From the NCBI GenBank assembly GCA_001179505.1, contig CDMY01000542.1:286187-350186 (forward strand): 64,000 bases of DNA. Reading direction: 5' to 3'. The translations under genes and the position numbers were made by a program. Source of the DNA: Vitrella brassicaformis CCMP3155. Taxonomy: Eukaryota; Protista; Chromerida. Shown here piece by piece: positions 25,931-39,548 of this stretch (positions within the stretch are counted from its first letter, which is position 1; each line of letters begins with the position of its first letter). The notes under the pieces were generated by a model. The model was not told the origin of the DNA, did not search any database, and saw only the letters and a program-made list of their open reading frames with translations.

Positions 25931-27663
25931 TCACTGTTGTGCGGGCGCGTAGGGGTCTGTCAGCCACTCGACTCTCTGTCCGTTCTTCCACATCGCCAGA
26001 CGGGATGTGCCATTCTCCACATAACTGACAGGCAGGCAGGCAGGCCAGGCATATGTGAAAGAAGTGCGTGTGTTCCTTCGTCGCTTACTATCGTCCTTCG
26101 CCGTTCTGCTTGCCGCTCCGCCAGAAGCCCTCATAGCGCCTTCGCACATCACACACACAGACACACGGTCCATGTGTGTCTCCCGTCTGTGTGTGTGTGT
26201 GTGTTGGGGCGTGGCGTACCTGCCATCGGACCACTTGAATCTGTCACCACACACAACAAACGACGTAATGGATGGGGCGTGCGTCGTGCCTATGTTGGGG
26301 CGTACATGCCGAAGCCGTCCTTTTTGTCGTTTTTGTACATGCCCTCATAGGTGCGACCGTCGGGCCACTTGTAGCTGCCGACGCCATCCATCAGCGAGCC
26401 AACCCATGTGCCGCGGAACTCACGGCCGTCCTGACCTGTTAATCCATCCATCCATCCATCGATGGGGCGCCGCCCCTCAGTGTATCTGTCTGTGCGTGTG
26501 GGTACCGGTGTAGTGTCCGTGGCCGTGTATCTTGTTGTGTCTCCACTCGCCCGCATAGCGGCTGCCGTCGGACCAAAAGTAGACGCCCACGCCGTCCTTC
26601 TTGCCGTGAATGAAGGTGCCTTCGTACTTGGCGCCCTCCTGCCACTCCTCTATGCCATACCCGTGCTGCTGGTCGTCCTCCCACTGCAAATGGATGGATG
26701 GATGGATGCGTGTGTCTCGTCGGTCGCTCGTGTGCTCCACCCACCTCACCTGGCCTCTGTAGGTGCTTTGGTTCTTGTGTATGTATGTGCCGACGCCCCT
26801 TGCGGCGTTCTGGTGCCACTGGCCGATGTACTTGTCGCCGTCGGCGTGCACGAACTCGCCCTTGCCATGCGCCTTGTTCTCAACCCACTCACCTGTAAGG
26901 AGAGGAGACATGTGCTGGGCCCTTTCTGTGTATCTGTCTGTCTGTCTTTGCCTTCATAGCAGGCGCCGTCAGCCCAGGTCATCTTGCCGTGGCCGTGCCG
27001 CTTGTTGCCGACCCACTGCACCCATCACCCTTACTTACACGTGTCTGCCTGTGTGTCTTTGTGCTTGAGTACCTGTCCCTCATAGACAGCTCCCGTCTTG
27101 AACGTGTACGGCGGCTTGGTGGCGGCGACGCGGCCGCCGTCGTCGGGGATCAACTCCAGCTCAACCAACTCACGCTCAAAGTAGTTGCCTGCAGACAGAC
27201 AGGAGTGTGCAGGAGGTGAGGTGAGGCGAGTGAAAAAACAAGAAGACAGGAGTGTGTGTGGGTATCGAAGGGTGGATATCCGACCACTCACCCTGTTGCA
27301 GGCCGGTGATGACGCCGTTCTCCGCCTGCTCCTCCTCGCCCTCCTCCTCCTCCTCCTCCTCCTCCTCCTCCCTCTCCGACTGCTGCTTCAGCTGTTGCTG
27401 CTGCTGTTGCTGCTGCTGCTGTTGCGATGGCTCCTTGTCGGCCTCAAGGACGATTTTTTCCTTCATGGGCGTTACGTCGGGGTACCGCACCACAGGGTAC
27501 TCCTCCACCTTGGTCTGCTGGTCAGCCTGGTGCACGCATCAATAATCATTGTCATTATATATCGTTACATACATATCATTGTGAGCTCTCTGCCTGTTTG
27601 CACTGCACTGACCACCTCTCTCTCGGCGCAGCATAGCAGACGGCATGTGAGAGAGTTCCCCAT
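25931..27663 (-). CDS. MORN-repeat protein with an N-terminal acylation motif
   Basis: Many YxGxWxxxxxHGxGxxxxxDG repeats (YEGQWVGNKRHGHGKMTWADG; YIGQWHQNAARGVG; YEGTFIHGKKDGVGVYFWSDG; YEGMYKNDKKDGFG). The first exon, MGNSLTCRLLCCAERE, splices in phase 0 to ADQQTKV. Confidence 0.92.
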
Positions 27664-28536
27664 CTGACGGCGAAAGAGAGAGAGGGAGCTAAAGGTCTAT
27701 TGGTTGCATTCCATCGTGCCCGCCCGGGGCGTGCGGCTGCTGGCTCACCTTCTTTGCAATGGTCAGGAGGAGAGGGGCTCTATGCACGAGACTGAGAGAC
27801 TGAAACTGAGACGGGCCAGCTGGGGGCGAGGTGTTCTTCCGCTTGCCTTTGTCTTTTCTCCCTTAGAAAGTGATTCTGAGTCTACTGACTCCTCACCTCA
27901 CCCTAACTTCAGGCGGCGTGAAACTGTATCAAATGGGGACCGCTGACGGCGATATAGCGTGATTGATTGACCGACAACAGCGCAGCACCACACCCGTGCG
28001 TCGTCCTCCCTCCCGCAACGCCATCACTGCCGTAGCTCTCGCCGCACACAGCCACCCGTATTATCGGCTTATCGAACCTAGCCTCCCTCCCTCTGCCTCT
28101 CCTCAACCCTCGAGCTCTTCGTGTTCGTTCGTTCTGTCGGCGTCATGTCGTGGACGCGCCGGGCGAGAGCATCTTGTCCGCTTGTGTAGCCCGGCTCGGC
28201 ACAGGAGCTCCGCTCGGCTCGTCCGCGGGCGTGCGAACCAACGCGACCGCATTGTTAACTATTGCCCATTCTACTTTCTTTCTATCGGCAGGGGTGCCCA
28301 CGTCCTGTGCGGCGCGTCTTGTCTCAGGCAGCTCGAGTCTCGACTCAATCATCCCTCCCTCCCTCGGTTCGTCCTGTCTGATACTGAAGTACTCGGCTTA
28401 CTCAGCGATCGTACACGCGACGGGACGGGAGAGTGAAAGTTGATTGAGAGTGCTCGATAGTAGTGAGTGGTAAGAAGAGCATGCAGAGCTGCCGGATGGG
28501 GCATTTCTGTGTGTTTGCGTTCTCTCAGGCACAAGT

Positions 28537-31500
28537 ATGTGGTCGCTGTCGGCCCTTCTCTCTCTGCCTCTATCTCTATCTGCCCACCCCTCCCCCTCCC
28601 CCTCTCTGCGTGACGTCCTGACGTCTATATGGGTGGAGATCGCAGCCCTCGCAGTCGTCCTCATCGGGTTCCTCTTCTTCAGATGCATCAGATTCATCCA
28701 GGCATGCCATGCATGCCGCAGAGTAGCACAGCGCTGCACAGATCAGCACTTCCCTCTCTCTGTGTCAGTCGGCATTTCCCTTCTCTCTCTGTTCTGTTTG
28801 TATGGTATGTGTCTGTGCAGCATCAGTATGCTCGTCGGTACCCCGCCCCCGCCGCACAGGACGACCCCACAGCCGCATCAAACGCCCACGCCCACACCCA
28901 CCCGTCCCCAAAGGCCAGCAGCCAACAGGACACCAACACCAACACTACAGCAGCAGCACAGGCACAGAAGGACCATGAGAGCGACGACAAGCAGGCGGTG
29001 GAGAAGGTGGACCTTTCCTCCCTCCCTCTGCAGATCAACATCCCCACCGGGCTGCGTCACCGATCCGTCACCACCACCAGCGCCTCCACGGCGCCCCCGC
29101 CGGCATGTGAGCAGCAGCAGTCGCAGCAGACGCAGCAGCAGCCCCACTCGCCCCAGCAGCAGCAGCAGGGTGCTGCTGGTGAGGCGAGAGAGGGTGTGGG
29201 TGGTGGGTCTCTCTCGTGTAGTGTCCGTGACGCCATGCAGCCGCCCTGCAGCAGCCATGTTGCTGCGCTAGAGGTGAGCTCGTCTCGTCCTATCAATCAA
29301 TCTCATCTCACCCTGCACACACACACACCTCTCTGCGTACGTGTCGTGTGTGGTGTGTTGCTACACATGCATTCAGGCGTTGAAAGACCTCCGCAGCTCG
29401 CCTGATGGCTCCGCTGCTGCTGCTGATAGTGCTACTGGTGGTGGTGTCGGTGGGAGCGAGGGCGCCCCCTCTGTGTCCGTGTCTGGTGCAGCTGATGGTG
29501 CCGCGAGTGATGTTGAGAGAGAGGGGGAGAGGGAGCGAGAGCGGGCGAATGAGCTGCGTGCCATGTGTGAGCGAGTCCGTCGGCTCAGCGAAATGCAGCG
29601 GGCCGATAGGGTGATGGAACTGTGGGACACATGGCGGTAAGACCACACAAGAGAATGGATGTCCAGTCATCTCCTTTTGGTTCTCACTCCCTCCCTCCGT
29701 GTGCCCGCCCGTTGGTGTGTGCAGAGTGCGTGTGGATTGCGTGATTCCCCTGGACACCTTTCGTCAGATGTTCCACGCGGCGCTCCTGACCTCCCACCAC
29801 AGCAGCCACACGCTCGACGGCTTCTTCGCTTATCTCACACACGCCAAATACCCACCTGCACAGGCAGCGATAGCCGTCCTGGACCTGACGATAAAGCACC
29901 AGCCGCCGACCTCTCCCCCGGCCCACCCCTCGCCCCACCCCCATGCCCATGCGTCACTCAGCACCACCACCACCACCTCGGAGAGCCACCCGCTGCCCAT
30001 TCCTGATACACCTGGTCCGCACACACACACACACATAGCTCGGCTCCTTCAGGACCTCTGATCCATCCATCCATCCCTCTGTATGTGTGTGTGTGTGTGT
30101 GTGTGTGGCAGACACCCCGTTTTGCGACGGCGATCGTGAGCGTCACGTGCCGCTGCCGCCCTCACCCACACTCGGCGGGGGGCTGGCAGGATCCACCGTA
30201 CGCTACCGCCCCCCCAAACCAAACCCACAGAGAGGGGGGGAGAGAGAGAAACCGTCCCATTGCACTTTGTTGTGTGTTGTGTGTTGTGTGTTGTGTGTTT
30301 TGGTTTGCTGGGTGCAGGGTGACTCTCCGCGGTCCACAGCGTCGGTCTCCTCCCACTCTCACTCTCACTCTCACAATCACAGCCGCGCGCCTCATGGACC
30401 CTCCCCGCCCTCCCTCTCCTCCCCGCTGCTGGAATACGTGGAGCGGAAGTGCTGGGAGGTCTGGGGCGATGAGGTCGGTCAGCAGCACGGCCATCCACAC
30501 ACACACACTGAGCGCATCTGTGGCTGCGGTGTGTGTGTGTGGTGTGTGGTGCAGGTGATGGGCTGCATGCCCGAGGTGATGGAGTGTCTGATGGTGGCCA
30601 ACGCCGCGGCCGGCAACGAGCAGCGCGTCAAGCACCTGCACGGCAAGATCAACGCGTTGACATCTGGTGGGGTGTCGGTGCGGTGTGCGGGGCTGGTGGT
30701 CAAGTGCCTCATCCGGCAGCACAGCTTCGGCGCGGCCCTCACCTTTGTCAAGGACATGTTTGCGCGCGATCAGCAGCAGACACCCAATCATGGTCATGGG
30801 CCGTCAGCGTCGATTGTCAACCAGGTGCAGCACGTCACACACACACACACACAGAGAGAGACAGAGAGAGGGTGCAGCTGACAACGCTCTGTCTCTTTGC
30901 GTGTCATGCAGCTGACAACCTCGCTAGTGAAAGCTGCTTGTGCGATCGGCGGCGGGGCATCAGCCCTCACACAGGACCACGGAAGCACCAGCACCAGCAG
31001 TAGCACCACCAAGCAGCAGCAGCAGCAGCATGGTTCGCAGGCGTCACACGCATCGGCGGCGCTCAACTCCATATTGGATGGCCTCTACGGCCCGGACGCT
31101 GGCATCGTCGACGATGACACTGACGATGAGGTGTGNNNNNNNNNNNNNNNNNNNNNNNNNNNNNNNNNNNNNNNNNNNNNNNNNNNNNNNNNNNNNNNNN
31201 NNNNNNNNNNNNNNNNNNNNNNNNNNNNNNNNNNNNNNNNNNNNNNNNNNNNNNNNNNNNNNNNNNNNNNNNNNNNNNNNNNNNNNNNNNNNNNNNNNNN
31301 NNNNNNNNNNNNNNNNNNNNNNNNNNNNNNNNNNNNNNNNNNNNNNNNNNNNNNNNNNNNNNNNNNNNNNNNNNNNNNNNNNNNNNNNNNNNNNNNNNNN
31401 NNNNNNNNNNNNNNNNNNNNNNNNNNNNNNNNNNNCCCCCCCCCCCCCCCCCCCAAGCCCCCAACCGACTCTCTCTCTCTTCCTCTGTGTGTGTGTGTCT

Positions 31501-31865
31501 GTGGGCACAGGAGGTGGATACTTCTCACGGCGGCTCGCGCGAGAGGCCGACGGGCGTCATTCTGCTGCCGCCCGAGTCGCTCTCGGCCATCCTAGAATTC
31601 GCCTTCAAGAAACAAGACGTCGCACTGTGCAAAAGGGTTGGTATACACACACACCCATCCTGGCACGTACACATAGTGTGGTGTGTGTTTAGGCTGAGCG
31701 CATAGGCCGGCAGCACGGCACCCTGATGTCCTACTCGTCGTACGACTCGCTGCTGAAGCTGTACGCCGTGCTGGGGGACGGCACGAGAGGCACAAACATA
31801 TGGAAGCAGATGCAGAAACAAGGTCGGTCGGTCGCTTATATGCGTGTGGTGGGTATGCTCATTCC

Positions 31866-31902
<37 letters not shown>

Positions 31903-32885
31903 TGTGTTTCATAGGGTGGGAGTACTTGTCTGAGGGCACCTGTGTGGGGGTGATCGCCCTCTGCGCAGAGTCGCAAAACCTGAAGCTCGCGGAAGAAGTA
32001 TGTGAGTGCGCTCTGCTCGCTCACAGAGAACAGAGAACAGACAGCACAGAGAGAGGTGGGTGGATATATGGTCTGTGCAGGTGGTGTCATACCTGCGGTC
32101 TGCCCATCGGATGAGCCTCGCCGTCTATAGCGCACTAATGAAAGTTTACGCCTATGCCGGTCGGTGTGTGCAGCCAGCCAACAGCCATCGACACACACAC
32201 ACACACACATGGCCGCCTGCCTGTGTGTATTGCAGGGTCATACGGCAGGGCGTGTGATCTGTATGAGAGCGTCTTGGCGGACGGCCTCGAGCCCGACGCC
32301 ACGATGCTCGGATGCCTTCAGAAATTCGCCGTACGTGAGCCCGTCCCCCCAGTCCCACCCACACACCCACAGTCATCCCTCTCTCTCCCTCCCTCCCTCC
32401 CTCCCCCCTGTCTGTCTGTCTGTCTGTGCACCAACAGGTTGAGTGCGGCCGGATCGACATGGCCCGCTCTCTGTTCGCCATTTCCAAGCCGGACATCCAG
32501 AACTACATGTCGCTCATCCGGTCGTGTGGCAGGGAGCGCAACGTGGCCAAGGCGTTGGATGTCATGGAGCAGCTGAAGCGGTCCAGCCTGCCGGTCGACA
32601 CGACGGCTTACAACTGCGTCTTGGACGTGTGTGTCACCTGCGAAGACCTGCAGGCACGATTTCTCACACACCCAGACACACACACACGCACACAGAGAGA
32701 GAGAGTGTGTGTGTGTGTGTGTCTGTTGGGTTTTGCAGGCTGCTCAGTCGGTGTTTGCAGAGATGAAGGGTTGCAAGATGGTCGACGTGATCTCCTACAA
32801 CACGCTGCTCAAGGGCTACTGCAACACCTCCAACCTCGACGGGGCCGAGCACGTCCTTAGAGAGGTACACCCACCCACACACGCA

Positions 32886-32923
<38 letters not shown>

Positions 32924-33158
32924 TGCAGCAATGTTCACACACACCCACACACACATTTCCTGCAGATGGTCTTCGAGGCGAAGATCCGCCCCAACGACGT
33001 GTCCTTCAACAGCATGATCAACGCGGCCGTCACCAACGGGCGGCTCGACACCGCCTGGCGGCTCATCGAGGAGATGGAGCGGCACGGGGTCAAGGTCGAC
33101 CACTACACCTGCAGCATCATGATGAAGGCACTCAGAACCAACACCTCGCGCAAGTGCG

Positions 33159-33190
<32 letters not shown>

Positions 33191-36156
33191 AGAGAGATGC
33201 TTGCACACGCCCCTCTCCCCCCCTCCCTCCCTCCCTCCCTCCCTCTCTCTCAGCGTCATAGACCGGACCCTCGAGCTCCTCGACCGGGTCAACATCTGCG
33301 AAGACGAAGTGCTCTTCAACACCCTCCTGGACACGTGTGTGCGGCTCAAGGACTACAGGCGGCTCAACATGGCCATCGCCAAGTTCAGAGCCAGCGGCAT
33401 GCGCCCCAACGTCCACACGTATGGGACCCTCATCAAGGCCTATGGACACACACAGGTGCGGGTGGGTGCGTGTGTGGGTGGGTGCGTGTGGACAGAGAGA
33501 GGGGGGGAGAGAGAGAGATGTGTGGGTATGTGGGTTTGTGTGGTCGGTGCAGCGTGTGAAGGAGGCTTGGCTGCTGTGGGAAGAGATGATCAAAGAGAGA
33601 AATATGGAGCCGAACGAGGTACCCCCCCCCCCCCCCCCCCCNNNNNNNNNNNNNNNNNNNNNNNNNNNNNNNNNNNNNNNNNNNNNNNNNNNNNNNNNNN
33701 NNNNNNNNNNNNNNNNNNNNNNNNNNNNNNNNNNNNNNNNNNNNNNNNNNNNNNNNNNNNNNNNNNNNNNNNNNNNNNNNNNNNNNNNNNNNNNNNNNNN
33801 NNNNNNNNNNNNNNNNNNNNNNNNNNNNNNNNNNNNNNNNNNNNNNNNNNNNNNNNNNNNNNNNNNNNNNNNNNNNNNNNNNNNNNNNNNNNNNNNNNNN
33901 NNNNNNNNNNNNNNNNNNNNNNNNNNNNNNNNNNNNNNNNNCCCCCCCCCCCCCCCCAACACACACACACAGACAGAGAGAGCTCTCTGTGTGTGCCGTG
34001 CCGCGCATTGGATGTGTGGGCGTGTTGTAGATAACTTGCGGCTGCATGATAGACGCCCTCGTGTCCAACAACCACGTGGACGACGCCGTGGCTTTGTTCA
34101 AGGAGATGCGTGAGGCCAACAAGATGGAGCCCAACACCATCTTGTACTCGACACTCATCAAGGGATTCGCACAGAACAAACAGGTCAATGAATCAACTAA
34201 CACAGACAGATAGGCAGACAGACAGGCAGACGGACAAGTATACTCACTCTCCCTCTGTCTCTCCGTCTCTCTCTCTCTCTCTCTGTTTGTGTCTCTGTGT
34301 GTATCAGGTGGAGAGGGCCCTTAGTTTGTATCGCGAGATGCAGGCCGAGAAAATCCCCTGCAACGCCGTCACCTTCAACTCGCTCATCGACGCCTGCGCA
34401 CGGGTAGGTATTCTCCCCATCCACACACACACACACATCCATCCATCCCCCAGTCTGTCTACCTCTCTGTGTAGGTGGGCGCGATGGACCGCGCCGCTCG
34501 GTTGTTGGAAGACATGACGTCCCCGGCACACTCGTCGCTCTCGCCAGATCTGATCACATACAGCACCATTATCAAGGGCTACTGCGTCCAGGTCGGTCGC
34601 CGGGTGGCCACACACATTCACACACACACATGGATGGATGGGTAGGTGTGTTGTGTGTGTGTGTGGGTGTGGGTGTGTGTGTAGGGTGATTTGGACGAGG
34701 CGCTGAATCTCTTTGAGGCGATGCGCGCGCGGGGCATCCAGCCGGACGCCATCCTGTTCAACTCACTGCTGGACGGGTAAGCACCGGACACACACACACA
34801 CACACACTAAGAGAGAGACAGAGATGGCCGTGTGTATGTGTGTGTGTGTAAACAGGTGTGCGAAGCGCCAGCTGCCCGAGCTGTGCGACAAGCTGTTGGG
34901 CGACATGCGTCAGTACAACATAGCGCCCTCCAACTTCACCCTCACCATCTTGATCAAACTCTACGGCCGCACACACCAACTGGACAAAGCATTCGAAGTG
35001 CGTGTAGATAGTATGGCTGTCTGTCTGGAGGCACGCCTCTGTGAATGGACTTCGCTCTCGCTCTCTCTCTGTCTCCCTCTCCCCCTCCCTCCCCCCCTCT
35101 CTCTCTCTCTCTCTGTGTGTCTGTGTGTGTGTGTGTAGGCCGTTTCTGTGCTGCCAGGGCTGCATCATTTTGAGATCAACACTCATGTCTACACGTGCCT
35201 CATGTCGGCCTGTATTGCCAACAGACAGGTGGGTGACGCGCAACACACACACACACACACATCCATCCCTCTCTCTCTCTCTCTGTATGTGTGTGTGTGT
35301 CACTTTAGTACGGCCGCGCCATCTCTGTCTACGAGGAGATGTTGCAGAGCCGAGTGGTGCCCGACGGCAAGACTTATGAGACGGCCATTCAGGTGCGGCT
35401 GTGCTGTGCTGTGCTGTGTGTGCGCGCGCATCCTCCTCCCCTGGTATCTATCTGTGTGTCTGTGTGCGGATCGGTGTGTCAGGCCGCCATACGCGCGGGC
35501 GACGTCCACTACGCCGTCAAGATCATTGAGGATGCCCACGAGCTCAACACACACAACCATCACAGTGGCCACAGCTACAACCAGGCACCGCAACGACACA
35601 CAAGAGGTACACTCAATCACTCACATACACACACACAGACAGACAGACAGACAGAGCCATTCTCTCGTCCATGTGTGTGTGTGGACAGGTAGGGGTAGGG
35701 GCGGCCCACCTGGTGGTGGTGGGGGAAGCGGTGGCTATCACGGCCCCTCCCGCTCGCGGCTCGAGTACGGTGTGATGGAGCAGTGCTTCCACGCCGTAGC
35801 CCGCAACGGACAGCTAGAGGTACCTATCCTCCTCACACCACACACCCCACCGTCAGGCACCTCCCCACCTCTCTCTCTCTCTGTCTGTCCATCAGGCATT
35901 GTGGCTGCCTCTGCTGGACCGGCTCCGTACCTCTCCCCACCCAGTCGACCCCCAGATCTTCGCCAACCTCTCTTCAGCAGCAGCAGCAGCGGCGGCCGAC
36001 CACCATCAGCAGCATCAGCGGCATCACACGCATAGCCGGCGGCCGAGAGGTGGCGGGGGTGGTGGTGGGCAGAGAGGAAGGGGTGGCGGCAGGGGGGGCG
36101 GGGGCGGGGGAGGGCACAGAGGCGGCCCACCTGGCGGCGGTGGGGCGTTTGGCTGA
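28537..36156 (+). CDS. Pentatricopeptide-repeat (PPR) protein, multi-exon, spanning two assembly gaps
   Basis: Repeated 35-aa PPR motifs: DTTAYNCVLDVCV, DVISYNTLLKGYC, NDVSFNSMINAAV, DEVLFNTLLDTCV, NVHTYGTLIKAYG, NTILYSTLIKGF, NAVTFNSLIDACAR, DLITYSTIIKGYC, DAILFNSLLDGCA, SNFTLTILIKLYG. There is an N-terminal hydrophobic segment (IWVEIAALAVVLIGFLFF) and a G/R-rich C-terminus. Start uncertain. Confidence 0.93.
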
Positions 36157-38039
36157 TTGACTGATTGGATCGGCGATTGAGTGGTGGCGTCTGCGTGTCC
36201 TATGCCTCTGTGTGTGTGGGGGTGTGTGTTTATGCGGGACCCTTTTCTTTATATCTGGGACGTTTACGTGTGTGTGCGTGAGAGCTATCCACCCATCCAT
36301 GTATGTATGCGTCTTTTTCTGTGTCTGTCTTGTCTGTCTGTCTGTCCATGTCGTGAGTGCCGTGCAGTGCCAGCGCCCCGCCGGATCATGCAACACGCTG
36401 TGTAGAGGCGGGCGATGCAGAGCAGACGCGTCTTGTCAGGTGGGGGTGTGAGATGGGAGCCAAGAGAGAGAGAGAGAGAGCACAGGGGGTTTTCTTTATT
36501 TGTGAGTGCGTGGGTCCACTGACTGTGAACAGAGCGCCTGTCTGTCTGTCTGTTTTGCGTTTTGTATTGGTTTTGTTTTGTTTTGTTTCGTTTGTCTGTG
36601 TAAATGCAGTCAGTCGTCGTGTGAGTGAGTGAGTGAGTGGATGAAGAGTGAATGGTGTGAATGCGCATTACACACGTGTGTGTGTGTGTGTGTGTTAGTT
36701 ATGTGACACGAACGAACGAACAGCAGAGAACGAACGAATGGATGGAATTCAAGACATTCATTCGTGTGGCAGAGGGAGAGGGGAGGGGAAGGGTGTGATG
36801 TACACATCCGACCAGAGAGCAGAGTCGAGCAAAGGAGAGGAGAGGACAGCAGAGAGCTCACGTGATGTGCGCTGCGGTGCGCTAGGCAACCTGACAGACA
36901 GACAGACAGACAGGAAAGAGACGCACCCACACCTTTGTGTAAATATAAAGAACCACCCGACCTTCTCTTTCTTCTCTTCCTCTGTATATTTGCACTCCAC
37001 GCCAGTTTTGTGTGTTTCCTGCTCGCATCGTATCTCCGTCTGTCTGCCTGCCTGTCTGTCTGTCTGTCTGTTCCCCGTGTCATCAGGTCAGTGTGTGTTG
37101 TATACCTTTCCCGCAAGTCACGTCAGGCCAGATCAGGTCACAGAGAGGCCGCAGAGAGGGCGCCTTTTTGATTGACTGATCGAGCGATCGATAGAGAGAG
37201 GGAAGGGGAGAGAGGAGAGAGCGTGCTCTCCATCCACACACACACACATGCATGGCTCCTGCCAGGTCATACTATCATTCTACCGCCCTGCGATTGGTGT
37301 CTGTCTATCTGTCTGTGTGTGCGTCCGATCGTTTAAGTGAGGGAATTAACAAACAGCACCGTCATGCGCAGCACCTCATGTCACCTCTCGGGTGTGTATG
37401 GTATGTATAGTAGCGAGAGGGAGGGAGGGGGGGAGGGAGGGATTATGTATCGTTCACCGATCTGGCCATCTCTGTCTGCCTGTCTGCCTGCCTGTCTCTC
37501 ACCGCTGATAAGATTTTGATCCGCCTCGCTAGATGTCTTGCTGTCCTTGCGTCCTTCCTCGGCTGGCTGCCTGGCTGGTTTTTTCCCCGGACCGACACAC
37601 ACACATGCAGATGATGGGTGGTGCGGGGAGTCTTCTTCTCCCGTTGCACGCCTTTCTCTCTGTCTTCCTCTCTCTCCCTCTGTCTCTGTCTCTGTCGATA
37701 GCTACCTGGCCTCCTCTGCCCTCCCACCTTTCCCGCATTCTTTGTTGCGTGTGAGTGCTGATGGATCCGTTGTGTCCTCACATCACGGTGTTGTGGGTGT
37801 GGGTGTTGCGTGATAGAGTGAGTGATTGAGTTGAGTGGGCTGTGAATGGAGCACATGCATATGGCTGGCTGACATGGCTGGCGTGTGGATGAGTGTCGGT
37901 CTGTCTGCATGCGGTGGGTGGACAACGCTATGCGAACGAAGTGAGGGGGGGAGAGCCTGAGTGACTTGATGTCTGTTGTCTGTATGTTGTCTGCCGTATG
38001 TAGGGAGGAGACTAGAGAGCAGAGAGACAACTTGCAATC

Positions 38040-39060
38040 ACCGTAACACTCGTCTGACACTCATACAAATACAGTCCCATGAGCCCGCAGAGTCAAAGAG
38101 GCTTAAGGGGGGAGGGATCGATCCCCACCCTATCAGCACAGACCAGTCCCGCAAGCCCCTCCCTCCCTCCCCCACGCAGACAAACGCGAGCGAATCCATT
38201 CAGACACATGACTGAATCCCCGACCCTTCCACTCCTTCTCCAACAGCATGTGGGCGATGAACACGTTAGCATCGTGTCCCCACAGAGGGCAGAAGGTCAC
38301 GCGGAAGTCGCAGACGGCCGAGCGGTACTTCGTATTCTTGGTGGTCTCGTGCTGCTTCAGGATGGCCGTGGTCGATCGATTCTTCGAAGCAAAAGACGGT
38401 GCGTCGGCATCAGTGATGCAGATGTCAAACCGACGGAGCCGCCTGCCGTGCGACGAGGTCCGCCCTGACCCCACCATTCCCCTCCTCTCCCTCCTTCAAC
38501 ACCACCTCCCGACGCACACCAGCGTCCCCCCACGCCATCCCAATCAGCTCGGCAAAAGTGTCCCACAGCTCGTTGTGGCGACGAATCACCAGGCCGTACC
38601 GCTTGCAGCACATCGCATGGTCGGCAGTGAGGGGCTGGTTGCTGTGGTCGCAGCGTGCAGTGAGGCCGGGTGGGTGACGGCCGTGTCGCATGTTGAGGGC
38701 ATCTCGAAACTCCGCGGAATCAAGACCAGCGTTGTTGTCTGTCGACGGGAGGGTGGTCAGCCAGCCGGACGTCTTGTATTCGGCGCTGCGGGAGAGGACG
38801 CGATGTCGCCGGCGGACGATGCGCGGCAGGGCGGCTTCCCTCTTGGCTTTGTAGGCGGAGTCCTGCTTTTGCTGCTTCTTCGGGCTGGACCTCCGAATCC
38901 TCCACTTGAGTACGAGGCGCTTGAAGATTTCCCATAGCGATCTGAAGAGGATGAAACCCAAAGCACTGGTCACTTGCTTGCCGACCCTGAAGCCGTATAT
39001 AGCTGGAGCCGGGCAGATTCAATGCCGACCGATCAATCATCAATGAGAGCATAATAGAGC
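38040..39060 (-). mobile_element. 5'-truncated, frameshifted RLE-type (CRE-like) non-LTR retrotransposon fragment (zinc knuckle, restriction-like endonuclease and 3' UTR)
   Basis: SGWLTTLP...EFRDALNMRHG...RCDHSNQPLTADHAMCCKRYGLVIRRHNELWD...RADLVAR, then after a frameshift FDICITDADAPSF...ILKQHETTKNTKY...FCPL...EWIRSRLS. This is the CCHC / RHN / PD-(D/E)xK arrangement of RLE retrotransposon C-termini. It is intronless, unlike the host genes. Confidence 0.85.
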
Positions 39061-39548
39061 CCTTCATCGACGCTCGAGCCCCTGAAGCGGTTTCTCGCGT
39101 GTCGTCTGTTCACACCTGCCTTCGCTGACACGAACGCACACACACACACACACACACACATCCGTACGTGTACTTACCCGTCCTCTCTGTCTNNNNNNNN
39201 NNNNNNNNNNNNNNNNNNNNNNNNNNNNNNNNNNNNNNNNNNNNNNNNNNNNNNNNNNNNNNNNNNNNNNNNNNNNNNNNNNNNNNNNNNNNNNNNNNNN
39301 NNNNNNNNNNNNNNNNNNNNNNNNNNNNNNNNNNNNNNNNNNNNNNNNNNNNNNNNNNNNNNNNNNNNNNNNNNNNNNNNNNNNNNNNNNNNNNNNNNNN
39401 NNNNNNNNNNNNNNNNNNNNNNNNNNNNNNNNNNNNNNNNNNNNNNNNNNNNNNNNNNNNNNNNNNNNNNNNNNNNNNNNNNNNNNNNNNNNGTCTTTCC
39501 CTCCCCCCCCCCTCCCCTGCACCATCCTACGGCTGACTGGCTGGCTGC

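Noticed and set aside
36200-38030. About 1.8-kb gene-free region
   Set aside because: Composed of simple repeats and probable UTRs, with no coding-like exon pattern.
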